From contig JAPETS010000012.1 of NCBI GenBank assembly GCA_026023565.1, forward strand, positions 310,001 to 374,000: DNA of 64,000 nt. The letters are read 5' to 3'. Below are positions 12,801-24,939 of this stretch, one piece after another. Within the stretch, counting starts at the first letter, position 1. Every line of letters starts with the position of its first letter. Source of the stretch: Cirrosporium novae-zelandiae (Eukaryota). The position numbers were made by a program, and so were the translations under genes. The notes beneath the pieces were generated by a model. It was not told the origin of the DNA and did not search any database. It saw nothing but the letters and a program-made list of their open reading frames with translations.

Positions 12801-14246
12801 AGGCTACGTCCACACTTTATGTAACCCTCACAGCGCCGGAAAATGTTACAGTCGGCCGTGGTATACTGCACATAAAGCCACGCAATTTCGGCTCCGAGTT
12901 GGTTACGTTTACCCCAGTTGGGCAGAGTCTTTTCTCCAAAGCAAGAACAACAACCCAGTTCTTAACGTTCTTCACGAAGCAAGTTGCAAACATGTTCTTG
13001 GCACCCTTCAGTTTCCAACAATGGCCAAGCGAAAACTTTGTAGGATACTATGCTAACAAGCAGCCCCCGACAAGGACCATTAAGCTCAAGGCTTCTGACG
13101 GTGTTATCACCACAATGCAGATGTGGGATCCTCTCCCAGGTACAATGGAAGCAGCACAACCTGTCCATATTCTCTTCGTTCCTGGTGCGGCCGTTGACCA
13201 CCAGATCTTCGCACTACCCACGATCGAGTGCAATGCGATCGAGTATTTCCAGAAAGCGGGGTACCATATGTCTTGTGTCACACACCGTGTAGGGAAGACA
13301 CCAGTCGCCCAGAAGAACTATACCACGTTTGATGCTAGACTTGACATCAAAGCCGCGTTAGTGGAAATCCGAAAGGTTCAAAAGTCACACGACAAGATCT
13401 ACGTCATCGCTCATTGTGCCGGATCACTTGCTTTATCGATGGGTCTTCTGGATGGAACCATCCCAGGTGAATGGATTAGGGGTATCACAGCCTCTAATGT
13501 CTTCATGAATCCAAAGTTTGCCTTTATCAACCACATCAAAGCTTCGCTACCATTGCCATTGCCTAAAATCTATAGGCTCTTTATAGGGTCCTGGTTTTCA
13601 TGCATATCTAGCCGTGATGATGCATTCGTTCAGCAACTCCTCGACCAGGCCCTTCGCTTCTACCCCGTCGGCAGCAAAAAAGAAATCTGCAATTCCATAG
13701 TCTGTCACCGTAGCGAATTAGTCTTTGGAAGGTATGTTGTCCCCTCTTCCCTCTTCTCATTCCCAATACTAAGCCTCCACTCACCTCAGGCTCTGGAGTC
13801 ATGCCTCCCTCAATTCAGCCACCCACACTAATCTAGACAATTTCCTCGGCGGTACCTCCATGACCTCCCTCTCGCACCTCATGGCAATGGGGAACCTCAA
13901 CGCCGTCGCCAAGGACAACGGTGAAAGCCTTGTTACCAACCGCAACATCGCACGCCTAGCCGGAATTCCCATCTTCCTATTCTCTGGCTCTGAAAATGCT
14001 GTCTTCACTCCCGAGAGCACCGACATAAGCTACACGATGCTCAGAGACCAGCTAGGTAGCAAGGATTATGAGCGCGTCGAGTTCCAAGGCCGTGGGCATC
14101 TGGATTCCTGGATGGGATCCACAAGCAACAAGGATGTTTATCCAAGAGTTAAGGAGCATATTGAGAAGGTCATGCTCAATGCGGTTACGAAGAAAAAGGT
14201 GACGAAAAAGAAGGACCAAGGAGTAGCAGCCGTTCAGCAGGTATAA
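9879..14246 (+). CDS. Cholesterol oxidase-like GMC flavoprotein fused to a C-terminal alpha/beta-hydrolase domain, multi-exon
   Basis: YDVVVIGSGYGGGVAASR...LERG FAD motif; GGTSLLNANV; FLGAGTLG; HPIGG and DGSVIPTALGVNPFATITALAER (GMC C-terminal). The downstream hydrolase has AHCAGS and GHLD. Several GT-AG introns. Confidence 0.88.
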
Positions 14247-15445
14247 ACATTGGGATTTCTTTTTGAAAGTCGCTGATGTCCCTAAATTGTTCAAATTCCT
14301 TATTTTCAGTTTCTTTTTTCTTTCTTTTTAAAAAACGTATTATATCGTAGTTAATTGCTAAATAATGGTTTACAAGGGAAAAGTTCATAATATTACAAGT
14401 TTCTCATTCTACTCAGCAAAGAAAGATATAATACAGGAGATAACAGCTCCCTGCTACACAAATATTATTCTTTTTCAAGAGACGAAGTTCAACTTTCGCT
14501 CTAGCATAGTCTTAATGAAGCAGGGGAAAAGAATACATAGACTAGTATTGCCACAGTCTAGATAGATAGAGCAAGATAGAGCGGATTTTCTGAATTGACC
14601 CTGGACAAGTTTGGCATGAGCATAGCCTGAGCATAACATCAATAAGCATAATTTAGCTTGGTTAAGTTATGTAATTTATGCCTACGTCAAATTGTGCAAA
14701 ACTTAACCACCGGGGCATAACCCTAGGCTTGGTCTGGTGCCTAAAGCACTCGAATAAATATTTACAGTCATCTTTTGCCCTCGTTGATACTTGATGGAAA
14801 GAAGAGCATGACGTTTCTAGAGACTACCAGTTCATACTTGGAAGTTCAAGTCAAATAATAATGCATAACTGATTCCCTCCAACCAGGCTTATGATATCCT
14901 TGGGCCTCTTTTTCTTGAACCTCCTCTCCTACTTAGGTAGTCAAAACCACCTGCAAGAGATTGGAAGTCAAGAGAATGAATCAGAATATAGGCTGATACC
15001 GGCAACCCTCATCATGTGGCAAACTTACAGGGGAATCTCAAAAGTAATGTTCTACCGCCATAATTTGCTCAAACAAACACCTCAAGTTACTTCAACATCA
15101 GAGCAAGAATTTCCAACCCAGTTCATATAAAGCCTCAATGGACACTCAGCTGATTCATGTTGACAGCACTATCTTGGCTTTAACTCCTGTATTCCTATCT
15201 CTTAACCTTACATCTGTTATCTTCTCTCATTTCTTTGTCCAATCGGTATCTACACTGCTGGCTCCACTCACCGCTAGAAACTATAGCATCGCACAACTGT
15301 CGGGGGGTCCACACAGCAAGATAGGGTTCATCTTCAGACGTTGACACATACTCAGCAGACTCTAGCGTCTACCTGGATATTAAACCTAATTATCCTCACA
15401 ATAAAAGCCCTATAATGATCAAGAGACCTGAGGAGTCTGCCGTTC

Positions 15446-16930
15446 ATGATGTACACACAGCTCGAGGATGGTCTGAGATCTAAGTATCAATTTGACGAAG
15501 AAAAAGAAACGGCAGAAATTAACATTTCGACGATAAATACTTGTCTAAGCGAATCTGAGAATAACCCCCCATGTCCGACAATCGACCCAACAAACAACAC
15601 CAACACGACTGCTCTAAACGTCCTTAGCCTCGTTCGCGATGGCAGCACCATCCCCGACGAAGACCTCCGCTCCTTCATCCAAGGCATTGCATCGGGCACA
15701 GTCCCCGACTATCAAGCGGCTGCATTCCTAATGGCCGTGTACAACAAAGGCCTAAGTGACTCCTCCACCGCAACCCTAACACTCGCGATGCGTGATTCCG
15801 GCCAAGTCATCAACCTCTCCTCCATCCCAGGCATCAAAATAGACAAGCATTCCACGGGCGGCGTGGGGGACAAAATCTCCCTGGCCCTTGCCCCCTGGGT
15901 CGCCGCCTGCGGCATACCGGTCCCCATGATCAGCGGCCGCAGTCTCGGTCACACGGGTGGCACGCTCGACAAGTTAAGCTCTATCCCCGGCTTTCACGTC
16001 GACCTCTCCCTCCCCGAATTCTACTCGCAGATGAACAAAATCGGTGTAGCCATCATAGGGCAAACCACGGATCTAGCCCCCGCCGATAAAAAGCTTTACG
16101 CCCTCCGAGACGTCACCGCAACAATCGAATCCATCCCTCTCATCACCGCCTCTATCCTCTCCAAAAAACTAGCCGAGGGCATCGACTCTCTAGTTCTCGA
16201 CGTCAAAGTTGGCCGCGGGGCCTTCATGAAGGACCTCCCGCACGCACGCCAGCTAGCCTGGAGCCTCATCCGCGTGGGCTCCGCCGCCGGCATACGCGTC
16301 CGCGCCCTCCTGACCAACATGGACGCGCCCCTAGGAACCACAATCGGAAATGCCCTCGAGGTGCACGAGGCTATCGACATCCTGCACGGCCGCGGACCCC
16401 ATGACACAACCGAACTCACCCTCGCTCTAGCATCTGAAATGCTCGTCCTCGGCGGCGTGGCCCCCTCTCTCGAAGAAGCTCGAAAAAAACTCCTCGCCAT
16501 CCGCGATAGCGGCGCCGCCGCCTCAAAATTCGCAGCCCTAGTTGCAGCGCAAGGTGGAAATCCCGCTGTAGTCACCACCCCAGAGCTCATCTTACCCAAA
16601 TCCCGCTTTCGAACCCCTATCTACAGCGACGTCGTAGGCACAGTCACCGCCATCGACGCGCTGGACATTGCAGCCGTCGCTGCGCGTCTCGGCGCCGGTC
16701 ACATGCGCACAGACGACATCATCGATCCGGCCGTGGGAGTCACACTCCGCAGGACCATTAATACGACTGTGAAACAGAATAGTGAGTTAGCGGTTTTACA
16801 TCATAATGCCCCTTTGCCGGCAGATGCTATCTCGGTTGTTCGGAAGGCGTTTGTGATTAATAATAATGATAATGATAACGCGGCTGAAAGGGTGGAAGTG
16901 AAATCTTTGGTTTTGGAGACGTTGGGGTAG
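15446..16930 (+). CDS. Thymidine / pyrimidine-nucleoside phosphorylase (DeoA/Pdp family), intronless
   Basis: DKHSTGGVGDK, PMISGRSLGHTGGTLDKL, APADKKLYALRDVTAT, ITASILSKKLAEG, LVLDVKVGRGAFMK, GNALEV, LGAG...ID.AVG. All family motifs are present in one uninterrupted ORF. Confidence 0.95.
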   Translation: MMYTQLEDGLRSKYQFDEEKETAEINISTINTCLSESENNPPCPTIDPTNNTNTTALNVLSLVRDGSTIPDEDLRSFIQGIASGTVPDYQAAAFLMAVYNKGLSDSSTATLTLAMRDSGQVINLSSIPGIKIDKHSTGGVGDKISLALAPWVAACGIPVPMISGRSLGHTGGTLDKLSSIPGFHVDLSLPEFYSQMNKIGVAIIGQTTDLAPADKKLYALRDVTATIESIPLITASILSKKLAEGIDSLVLDVKVGRGAFMKDLPHARQLAWSLIRVGSAAGIRVRALLTNMDAPLGTTIGNALEVHEAIDILHGRGPHDTTELTLALASEMLVLGGVAPSLEEARKKLLAIRDSGAAASKFAALVAAQGGNPAVVTTPELILPKSRFRTPIYSDVVGTVTAIDALDIAAVAARLGAGHMRTDDIIDPAVGVTLRRTINTTVKQNSELAVLHHNAPLPADAISVVRKAFVINNNDNDNAAERVEVKSLVLETLG

Positions 16931-17552
16931 TTTTGGCTGGGGGTGCGATACGATAGGTAGATAGAGAGATGGATAGATAGATAGACAGGGGGCTAGATGG
17001 TATTGGACTATTAGGCTAATGGTGCATTCAGCATTCAGCATTCAGCACACAACTAGGCAACAAGCAACACGTAAATTCCGAATTCAGATTAGAAAATCTT
17101 TTGGTATACTATAAAAGTATATATCTACCTACATTGTATTTATGTTTGTAAATAGACTATATACTATCAGGGGTGGGGGGGGGGGGTGGATGGATAGGAT
17201 AGATAAGATGGATAAAATGATTATTATTTTCATAATTTAATTGGAATTGTGTACAAGTTATTGTCAAGGAATCAGCTATGCCTAAGCTCCCAGACCAAAA
17301 GAACGTGGATACCCGCTAGCCAACGAGTGATCTAGAATAGCTTATATAACCTGGGCTGCGCCCTCACAGTTATGATGTGCATGCGCGGTTGGTAAAAAGC
17401 ATAGAATAAAACCCCCCAAAGTTACATTGTAGCCAGTTATCCTATATTTCTAGCTACGCGTTATATATATAACGTCACGATCTCGAGGTTCCATCCAATT
17501 TATCCTCACATAAGTAACACCACACCACGTCACAAAAAATCATCAATCCAAT

Positions 17553-20500
17553 TTAATCCAACCACCTTGTATCCAACTTCTCCAAAAACGCAAAATCAAC
17601 ATTAACAAAACTCCTCCACCAATCCACCTCCAGCCTCCACGGCGCCGTCTGGATCGCAAAGGTCATCCCCACCGCCATCTTAAACAGCTCCTCATCATCC
17701 CCGCCCATAACCAAGAAAATATCCTTTCGGATCTTGACGTTGCGCCCGAGGATGTGCTTGTAAGGCTGGATGCGTGTTTGCGCTTGCCGGTGTATACTCC
17801 ACTCCGAGTACGGCATATCCTTGGGGGCAAACTTCCACCCCCAGGCTCGGTATTTAGCGTCGTAGAATGCGGTGGCATCTCGGTTGTCGAGACTAAGCAT
17901 CAGGGGGTAGAAGTATGCGCTAGACCAGAGACGGAGAGCAAAGCGGGCTTTGGGATTTTTTTTGGAGAATCTTTGTGCGGATGTGAGGAGAGATTCTTTT
18001 GAGGGGGGGACGTCGAGGGCAGAAATGCCTCTGATGTCGTCCAGCATTGGGCGTAAGTCTAAGAAGAGGTCGAATGGACGGTCGCCTTCTTTGTGGGCGA
18101 TGGCTTGACCGGGGATCATATCGGAATAGGAGTTAGCGATTACGCTTGCATTGTAGAGTTTGGCGATTATAGGTCAAATTGCAATGTCCCACTCGGCTGG
18201 GTAATTCTTTTGTAATGACCCCTCCTTTCTGATTGAATCCCACTCTTCCCAGAAAGATTTTGGTCTTGTTTTGTTACTAAGGTCAGATCTCCTGTCCGGA
18301 AGTTGCTTTGCACGCTCTTCTTGTTTCACGAGCAAGCTATCCTTGAACTTTTCCCCTCGCTCATTCTCAAAGAACTTGCTGGGGTAAAACAAAGATATCG
18401 AATCCATTGCTCGCTTCATATCTCTCCCCCCTCGCTTGATTTCAGCTGACACCATGTGGAACCACTCGTACATATCAAAAATTCTGAAAACGCCGTTAAA
18501 CTCGATATTGAAGTAGCCCATCTCCGTTATCATTTTCTTTGCTTCTCGATACTTTGCATCGGCATCTGGCTCTAAGCCAGACTCATGCCAGCACTTTTTG
18601 AATACTATGTTGCATTAATATTGGTCCCCGCTTTGGAATCTAGAGGCATACCTCTGGCTTTCTCTCTATCCATGAAGACATTAAAAACCGCATCAACATC
18701 TTCTTCCTCTTCTTCATCTTAGCCTGAAAACCCAAACTTCTTAGTTAGCTCCATTGATTTCCTCGTCTCCTCACTTATGGGTTCAAGGTCTTCATCCCCA
18801 GACTCATCAGTATAGTCTTCATAGTCTTCACCATCCTCTTCGTCAAACTCTTCGTCGCTAAAGTCGCCGTAATCTGAACTCCCCTCGTCAGCTTCGTCGG
18901 AGCTGTACTCTATGCCCTGCACGAATCGGTTTATGGATGGGCCATGACTTTCAAAGTCCAACAAGGCATTGGAATTCTTTTTAAAAAGCGCAGACTTATC
19001 CCCCAATTGCTCTTCTGGAAATAGGACAGCATCCTCAAGGGCATCTGCCTCGGCGTAGAACCAGTACTTTGGCGATTCCAATATTTCGCCCTTGTCATTC
19101 CACACTCGTGTAGTAGTGTCCTCGCTATGGAATACATCATAGATACTCCGGGCCTCTTCCCCCGGTTTGATCTCACGAACTCGGTGGTTGCTAGATTCTC
19201 TCGTTAAAGTCTTCAAAATTGGTGCCGCAACGTTGTAGAATTCTTTCATATCAACAAAACGATTGGCTTTAATAAGGGCCTATTGAGATTAGTTTATGAA
19301 TCTCGGTTCGATCCTCTGTGACACTCACTTCTGAGATATTTGAGTACAGATCAGAAAACGGTGATCCTGGATCTTTGTCCCATATATAAACGTCGTAGTG
19401 ACTATTGAATCCTAAATGCCATCTTCTGAATTTTTCCATTTGCTCAAAAAATTCCGGACCGACCTTTGAACGAACATTCCATTCATTTTTAGCTGCCCTC
19501 CCAGCCCCAGACTTCTCACAAACAAGCCAAAACTCCTCTTCTCGAGGTAAAACTATAATACGGCCTATCTTACCGTCACGGACCAAAAGTATCAAGTCGA
19601 ATGTTTACATCCAGAAGTACTAAAGGAATCTTCGGCTCACTAGGTCATTACGCTTAATGTAAGCACATACAAAATTTCTACTCTCAATTACCGCATGCAT
19701 TCGACGTCCTGGCCCACGCCTTCCAGTTTGATGGCGGGACGTTACCTTCTCAGCTTCATCGAATTGGAAATATGGAATGAAGCCCTAGCAAACCATATTA
19801 GTCTATATCCAACACCATCAAAGGTTTCATACCAATTCAAGGAGTTGCGTTTTATATCTATCACCGGCCCATTCCAACCAATTTGCTGCAGGAAAGAATT
19901 GATAAATCGCAAGAATTTTCAATTCGAAGAACTCGTCCCAGTTCCGGCAGAGCTGAACAGCATCGAAAAGGTTACAATCTTTAGCTATTATGCAAAACTG
20001 AAGCCAACCACCTCGGCTGATAGACTTTTCGCTAGGATAGTTGTAGATGGATTTCCCGCAGATTTTGACACGCATTTTCTTAACTCGAAATTCACCTTCG
20101 TCATCAACCTCTCCAAAATCAATCATTGCGTCTTGAGAAAACATTTCTTGCATTTTACGACGGTTCTGCGTTTGGCTCTCTCTTTTAGAAGTCCACTTTT
20201 CAGGAAGGGCGCCTTTACGATTGCGTGACTCCCAGAAATACGCAGGCTTCTTGCCTAACCTCTTATCTGTCTCGTTGTCATCATCTTCCTCCCTTTCATC
20301 ATCTTCTTCACCTTCTTCATCACCTCTAGTGAGATCTGCACAGGCATCACGAACTTCCTGTAGCTCAGGCTTTTCCATTCTAAGGCATAAGTCTCTCAAG
20401 TCCGCATTAGTGACATCTTTATCATTCAAGAATTCCTCGACGCTGTTGGCTCGGAGAGCGATTGGGAGTAGCGTCACATGAGAAAGCAACAATCGACAAA

Positions 20501-21718
20501 ATAACAGTTTTTTAATCTCAGCAATATCCAAGAGCAGATTATTTATCTCATCATCAGGGAGTGGCGCCGCTCTATAGTACAATTCAATGGGGTGTTCGAT
20601 TGTTCCTCTGACCATAAGCCCTTCACCATGAGCGTATTTAACACCCTCGCGAAGGCGTTTTCTTATCTGCTCCGGTGTCTCAATGGTTTCTTTACTGGCA
20701 ACTTCCTAACTTGTCCCATTTTTCTTGGCCTTCTTCTTTGCATTCTTAGAGGCCTTTGAGCTTTTAGCAGGTTCATTACCTTTGCCACCTGAGCCGTTGA
20801 GAGGAGTGTTCTCTTTCATGATCTTCTCCTTCTCCTCCTCGACTCCATTATCCTTCTCAGATCCTTCCTTTTCCAACCTCTCTTCAGGCATCATCAAGAA
20901 AAGCTTGATGAGCTCAACATAATTGGCACGTTCGCCCTCTTCAACGTCTTCAATCGGATCCCATTCTGCTTCCTCCTCTTCCTGTGAAAGTCGTGGCAGG
21001 CGTGACATTCGCTTCTTATAAACTTCATCTAAGTACTTCTCATCACGCTTTAAGGCTTCTTTCGTCTTTGATTGAGCCATACGGGCCTGCGTTTCCTTCA
21101 TGTAACGCTTAAATAGAGCTGCCTCTCGTTTAACCTTTTTCTTTTCATTTTCCCGATGGGTCTCTTCATCATCTTGGCACTGCCGTACCCACTCAAACCA
21201 TTTCTGCTTCTTATATAGCATATCCGCTGTTCTTCGTACCAATCGTTCTATCGCACGTAGCACGATAAATCTCTGGTTCTCCAGATTGTCCAGATAATGA
21301 TGGTGACCATAATCATTGTTGGAAGAAAAGAAGTGAGCATGATGGAGCTTCCGAGCACGAATAACTCTACCGAGAAGGACATATTTAAGATTGAGGTAGG
21401 ATTGGATTTCGTTCAACTCGGGTTCGGACTCGAGATCTTCGAAAGTTTGGTTTGCAAGGGCAACGGAGCTCTCAGCCAAGTACTTGGGAGGCGACTTGTC
21501 TAAGGCATCTAAACGAGCATTACGGTTCTTGTAACCTCTATACAGACCTATGAAAGAATCAGAATCAGAATCTTAAATAAGCAATTATGAATGGAGATTT
21601 GTTACAGACCTTGGCATTGCCTCGAGTGGAAGGCACAGAAAAGGCCATTTACGGATGTGGCATCTGCAGGGCAACTATATTGATCCGAAAGGTTTAATGC
21701 CGTACATTGAGGCGCTAT
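17553..21718 (-). pseudogene. Pseudogenised large fungal protein of unknown function (N-terminal Cys/His motif, acidic tracts)
   Basis: Exons joined by canonical introns give one long reading frame broken by in-frame stops at 20706-20708 (TAG), 19620-19622 (TAG), 19605-19607 (TAA), 18719-18721 (TAA) and 18174-18176 (TGA). Exon 1 has no in-frame ATG, but AAC-ATA-GCG lies at 21716-21718. Confidence 0.8.
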
Positions 21719-22619
21719 GTTATTTGTGTGAGGAGTAGCATCTGAATACTTAAATAGGGGGGATGGAGATTTAATAAATAGCTGTCTTTCAATTGGATGA
21801 AGTATGTGGCGACTCAAACAATTAAAGTCTGCAGGTACAGTGAAGTAAATGCCTCGAGACTACGGTGTACTGGGTACAATCAGATGTTTGCTCCCAGATG
21901 TTTGCTCCCAATCCATGTCATTGCGTATCTACTCGACGTCATGCGGTTTAGGTTTCTAAGACTTGCTCAAGTCTGGGGTCCGGGTTAGTCGTGCCAGATC
22001 GGGTAAGCTTTAAGTTATACCCAGGCTGTACTCAGGTGGTACCTAGGTTGTTCAAATTATGCTTAGGCGGGTCACTCTAACAAAACATATTACTCCTCGA
22101 GTAAGATACACAGTAGTAGCTATCATTGCTAGCTAAACATAAGTCTATTTCATTAAGTGCATACTAACGTGGTCCCTTTCTACACATTAATGGCGATCTT
22201 CTCAAAAGAAGACACGGACGACCTCGGACCGAACGTTTGAAACCTCAGATAATATATTTGCTACCTTGAGATTAAGATTGATGGAGAAATGACATCGGAC
22301 ATGTTCTATAACAACCCTATTTGATATAACCATTTGCTACGTCAAATTATTCTCTCGAGCATCATGCCAGCAATCTTCTTAACATGCTCCGACCACTGCC
22401 TCCAATGGATAAAATCAACCCACAAGTATCGAATATGGCAAACGGATCTGAAAGCTTCATGGCGTCCGGTTTCATATTACGAGAAGCATCCTATTTTATA
22501 TGGGCTGCACAGATGTTTCATTGTCGGTTGCAGCTATCATTTATTTCTTTATGAGAGGACTGTTGATACTGCTCAGTTTTGATTCTTCAAATATTTCCAT
22601 TCATTAAACACCTACCACC

Positions 22620-24014
22620 ATGTGGACTTTCATTCTTTTGACAACAGCCCTTTTAGGGCCCAGAGCTTATGCCCTTCCTACAGCAAGTGTAGCATCTCCC
22701 ACTACAGCTGCAGCTTCTTCCGTGACTGCAGCAGCTACTTCCAGCAACCCTTTCTCGGGAGTTCAGCTCTATGCGAATCCACACTATTCATCCGAAATCT
22801 ATACATCTGCGATTCCTTCTCTGACGGCCTCCTTGACTAGCAAAGCGAGCGCGGCTGCGGAAGTTGGAACATTCTTCTGGCTGTAAGTATCTTGCAAGTC
22901 ACACGCAAGAATGATGACTGAGCTGTTCAGAGATGCCGTTGACAAGGTTCCAACAATGGGCACCTATCTAAACAATATCAAGACCAAAAATGCTGCTGGT
23001 GCAAATCCTCCCATCGCTGGCACTTTTGTTGTCTATGACCTTCCAGATCGCGATTGCGCCGCATTGGCATCAAATGGAGAGTTTTCTGTAGATGACGGCG
23101 GGGTCGCCAACTACAAGGCCTACATTGACAAGATCCACACTCAGCTGGTGAAATACTCCGACATAAAAACAATTCTTGTTTATGGTTCGTTATAGCCTCC
23201 CTCCACGAAGCTGATCGAACCACCCGCTAACACAAGATCCAAAACCTATATTAGAACCCGACAGCTTCGGAAATCTAGTTACAAACCTCAACGTCGCCAA
23301 ATGTGCTGAAGCCGAATCCGCATACTACGAATGCTTCAAATACGCCCTCACGACCCTGAACCTCGACAACGTCTCCATCTACCTGGATGCCGGCCACGCC
23401 GGCTGGCTAGGCTGGGCCGCAAACCTGCAACCAGCAGCCACGCTCTTCGCTCAGATCTACAAGAACGCATCGAGCCCAGCCGCAGTCAGGGGATTAGCAA
23501 CAAACGTCGCAAACTACAATGCGTGGAGCATCGACACATGTCCCAGCTACACATCTGGCAACGAAAATTGCGACGAAAAGAAGTATGTCACCGCACTGGC
23601 GCCGCTGCTAGAAGCCGCAGGCTTCCCAGCCCACTTCATCACGGACACCGGTAAGTTCAACCCCATCCCCCAACCCAACTCAGCCCAGCCAAACTCAAAA
23701 ATCTAACCCCCACCTCCATCCCCGCAGGCCGAAACGGCGCACAACCAACTGCCCAAACCGCCTGGGGCGACTGGTGCAACGTAAAGTCTACCGGCCTAGG
23801 CAAACGCCCCACGACAGCCACAAACTCAACCCTCGAAGATGCCTTCGTGTGGGTGAAACCCCCCGCCGAATCCGACGGCACCTCGAATTCCTCGTCGGCA
23901 AGATACGACGCACACTGCGGATATAGTGATGCGCTGACGCCGGCGCCCGAGGCGGGGACGTGGTTTCAGGCTTACTTCGAACAGCTTTTAGAAAATGCCG
24001 ATGCTTCGTTTTAG
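22620..24014 (+). CDS. Glycoside hydrolase family 6 cellobiohydrolase (Cel6/CBH II-like) lacking CBM1
   Basis: Signal peptide, Ser/Thr/Ala linker, NPFSGVQLYAN, VVYDLPDRDCAALASNGE, EPDS, YLDAGHAGWLGW, ATNVANYN, WGDWCNV, FVWVKPPAESDG, APEAGTWFQAYF. Three introns; stop TAG at 24012-24014. Confidence 0.95.
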
Positions 24015-24576
24015 GAGGGGAAAGGGGGAGGGGGGATTGTGGATTAACCTTTCTGGGGGGGGGGGTTCTGGCTGGACCAGAAGAAAAACAAAATTCAAAA
24101 TGAAAGGGTGATTCAAAAAAAAGCAAGAAATGAAATAAAAGATTGATGATAGGTGGTCGGTGGTGGTAGATAAATAGATAAGATAATTTACCCCACTCAT
24201 GTGTAGAGTACACGATTTACTTTCCGTACTTTTGCCTGCTTCCACTACCATATGCATATGCATATGCATTTACATACGCATCCGCACATGCATAATATTA
24301 CACAAACATAACATAATGCTCCTAAACTATTGTTTTTTGTTTCTAATTCAGGGGGGATTTTATTTGTAAATTATAATTTTTTTTGGCTTGATGATGGGAC
24401 GCCTATGTAACCAAAATTGTAGGAGGCGACTGTAAATGGACTATGCACAATAGATAGATAGATTTCTCCAAGTAACTCCCGCTATAACAAGAACAACAAC
24501 GATAGGCACTTTCACTCTCTCCACCACACTTCCACCCTTCCACCCCCCCTTCTCTCTCATCCCATCCCTCTCCCCC

Positions 24577-24939
24577 CTACTGGCAAACACACATCCACAA
24601 GCAATGGACGAGCACATCCTTCTTCTGAAGCTCAAGAGGACCGGCTGCCCTCTCAGCTTCTCCGGAAGGAAGAAGCCCACCCTTCTCCTCGGCCTCCCCG
24701 GAACCCGTTCCAGCAGGAGTAAGCCCGCGCTTCTCCTCATCTTCGAAGTCGAGCTCGTTCACGTTGCATGGTGGCATGTGAACGGTGGTATTGGCATCGC
24801 AGTGGTATTCGCGGAGGACGAGATCCTGGTTCCGGTCGATACCATAGTTAGAGGGGTTAGGGGGTGTGGGCATGGCGGTAGCAAGGCCACCGGCTATGAT
24901 GGCAACGGTGGTAGCGGTGGCAATGGTTTTAGTATGCAT
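24577..24939 (-). CDS. Small secreted Cys-containing precursor protein (120 aa) with dibasic sites
   Basis: Hydrophobic signal peptide (ATATTVAIIAGGLATA), KR and KK sites, five Cys, and a TATA-rich tract just upstream of the ATG. Confidence 0.7.
   Translation of the reverse strand: MHTKTIATATTVAIIAGGLATAMPTPPNPSNYGIDRNQDLVLREYHCDANTTVHMPPCNVNELDFEDEEKRGLTPAGTGSGEAEEKGGLLPSGEAERAAGPLELQKKDVLVHCLWMCVCQ

Noticed and set aside
14891..15445. Short ORFs upstream of the phosphorylase as co-transferred operon remnants
   Set aside because: No recognisable deo-operon or other motifs in the frames I read.
20706..20779. Possible intron GTAATG...TTAG removing the first premature stop
   Set aside because: It is 74 nt long and would shift the frame, and the other four stops would remain.
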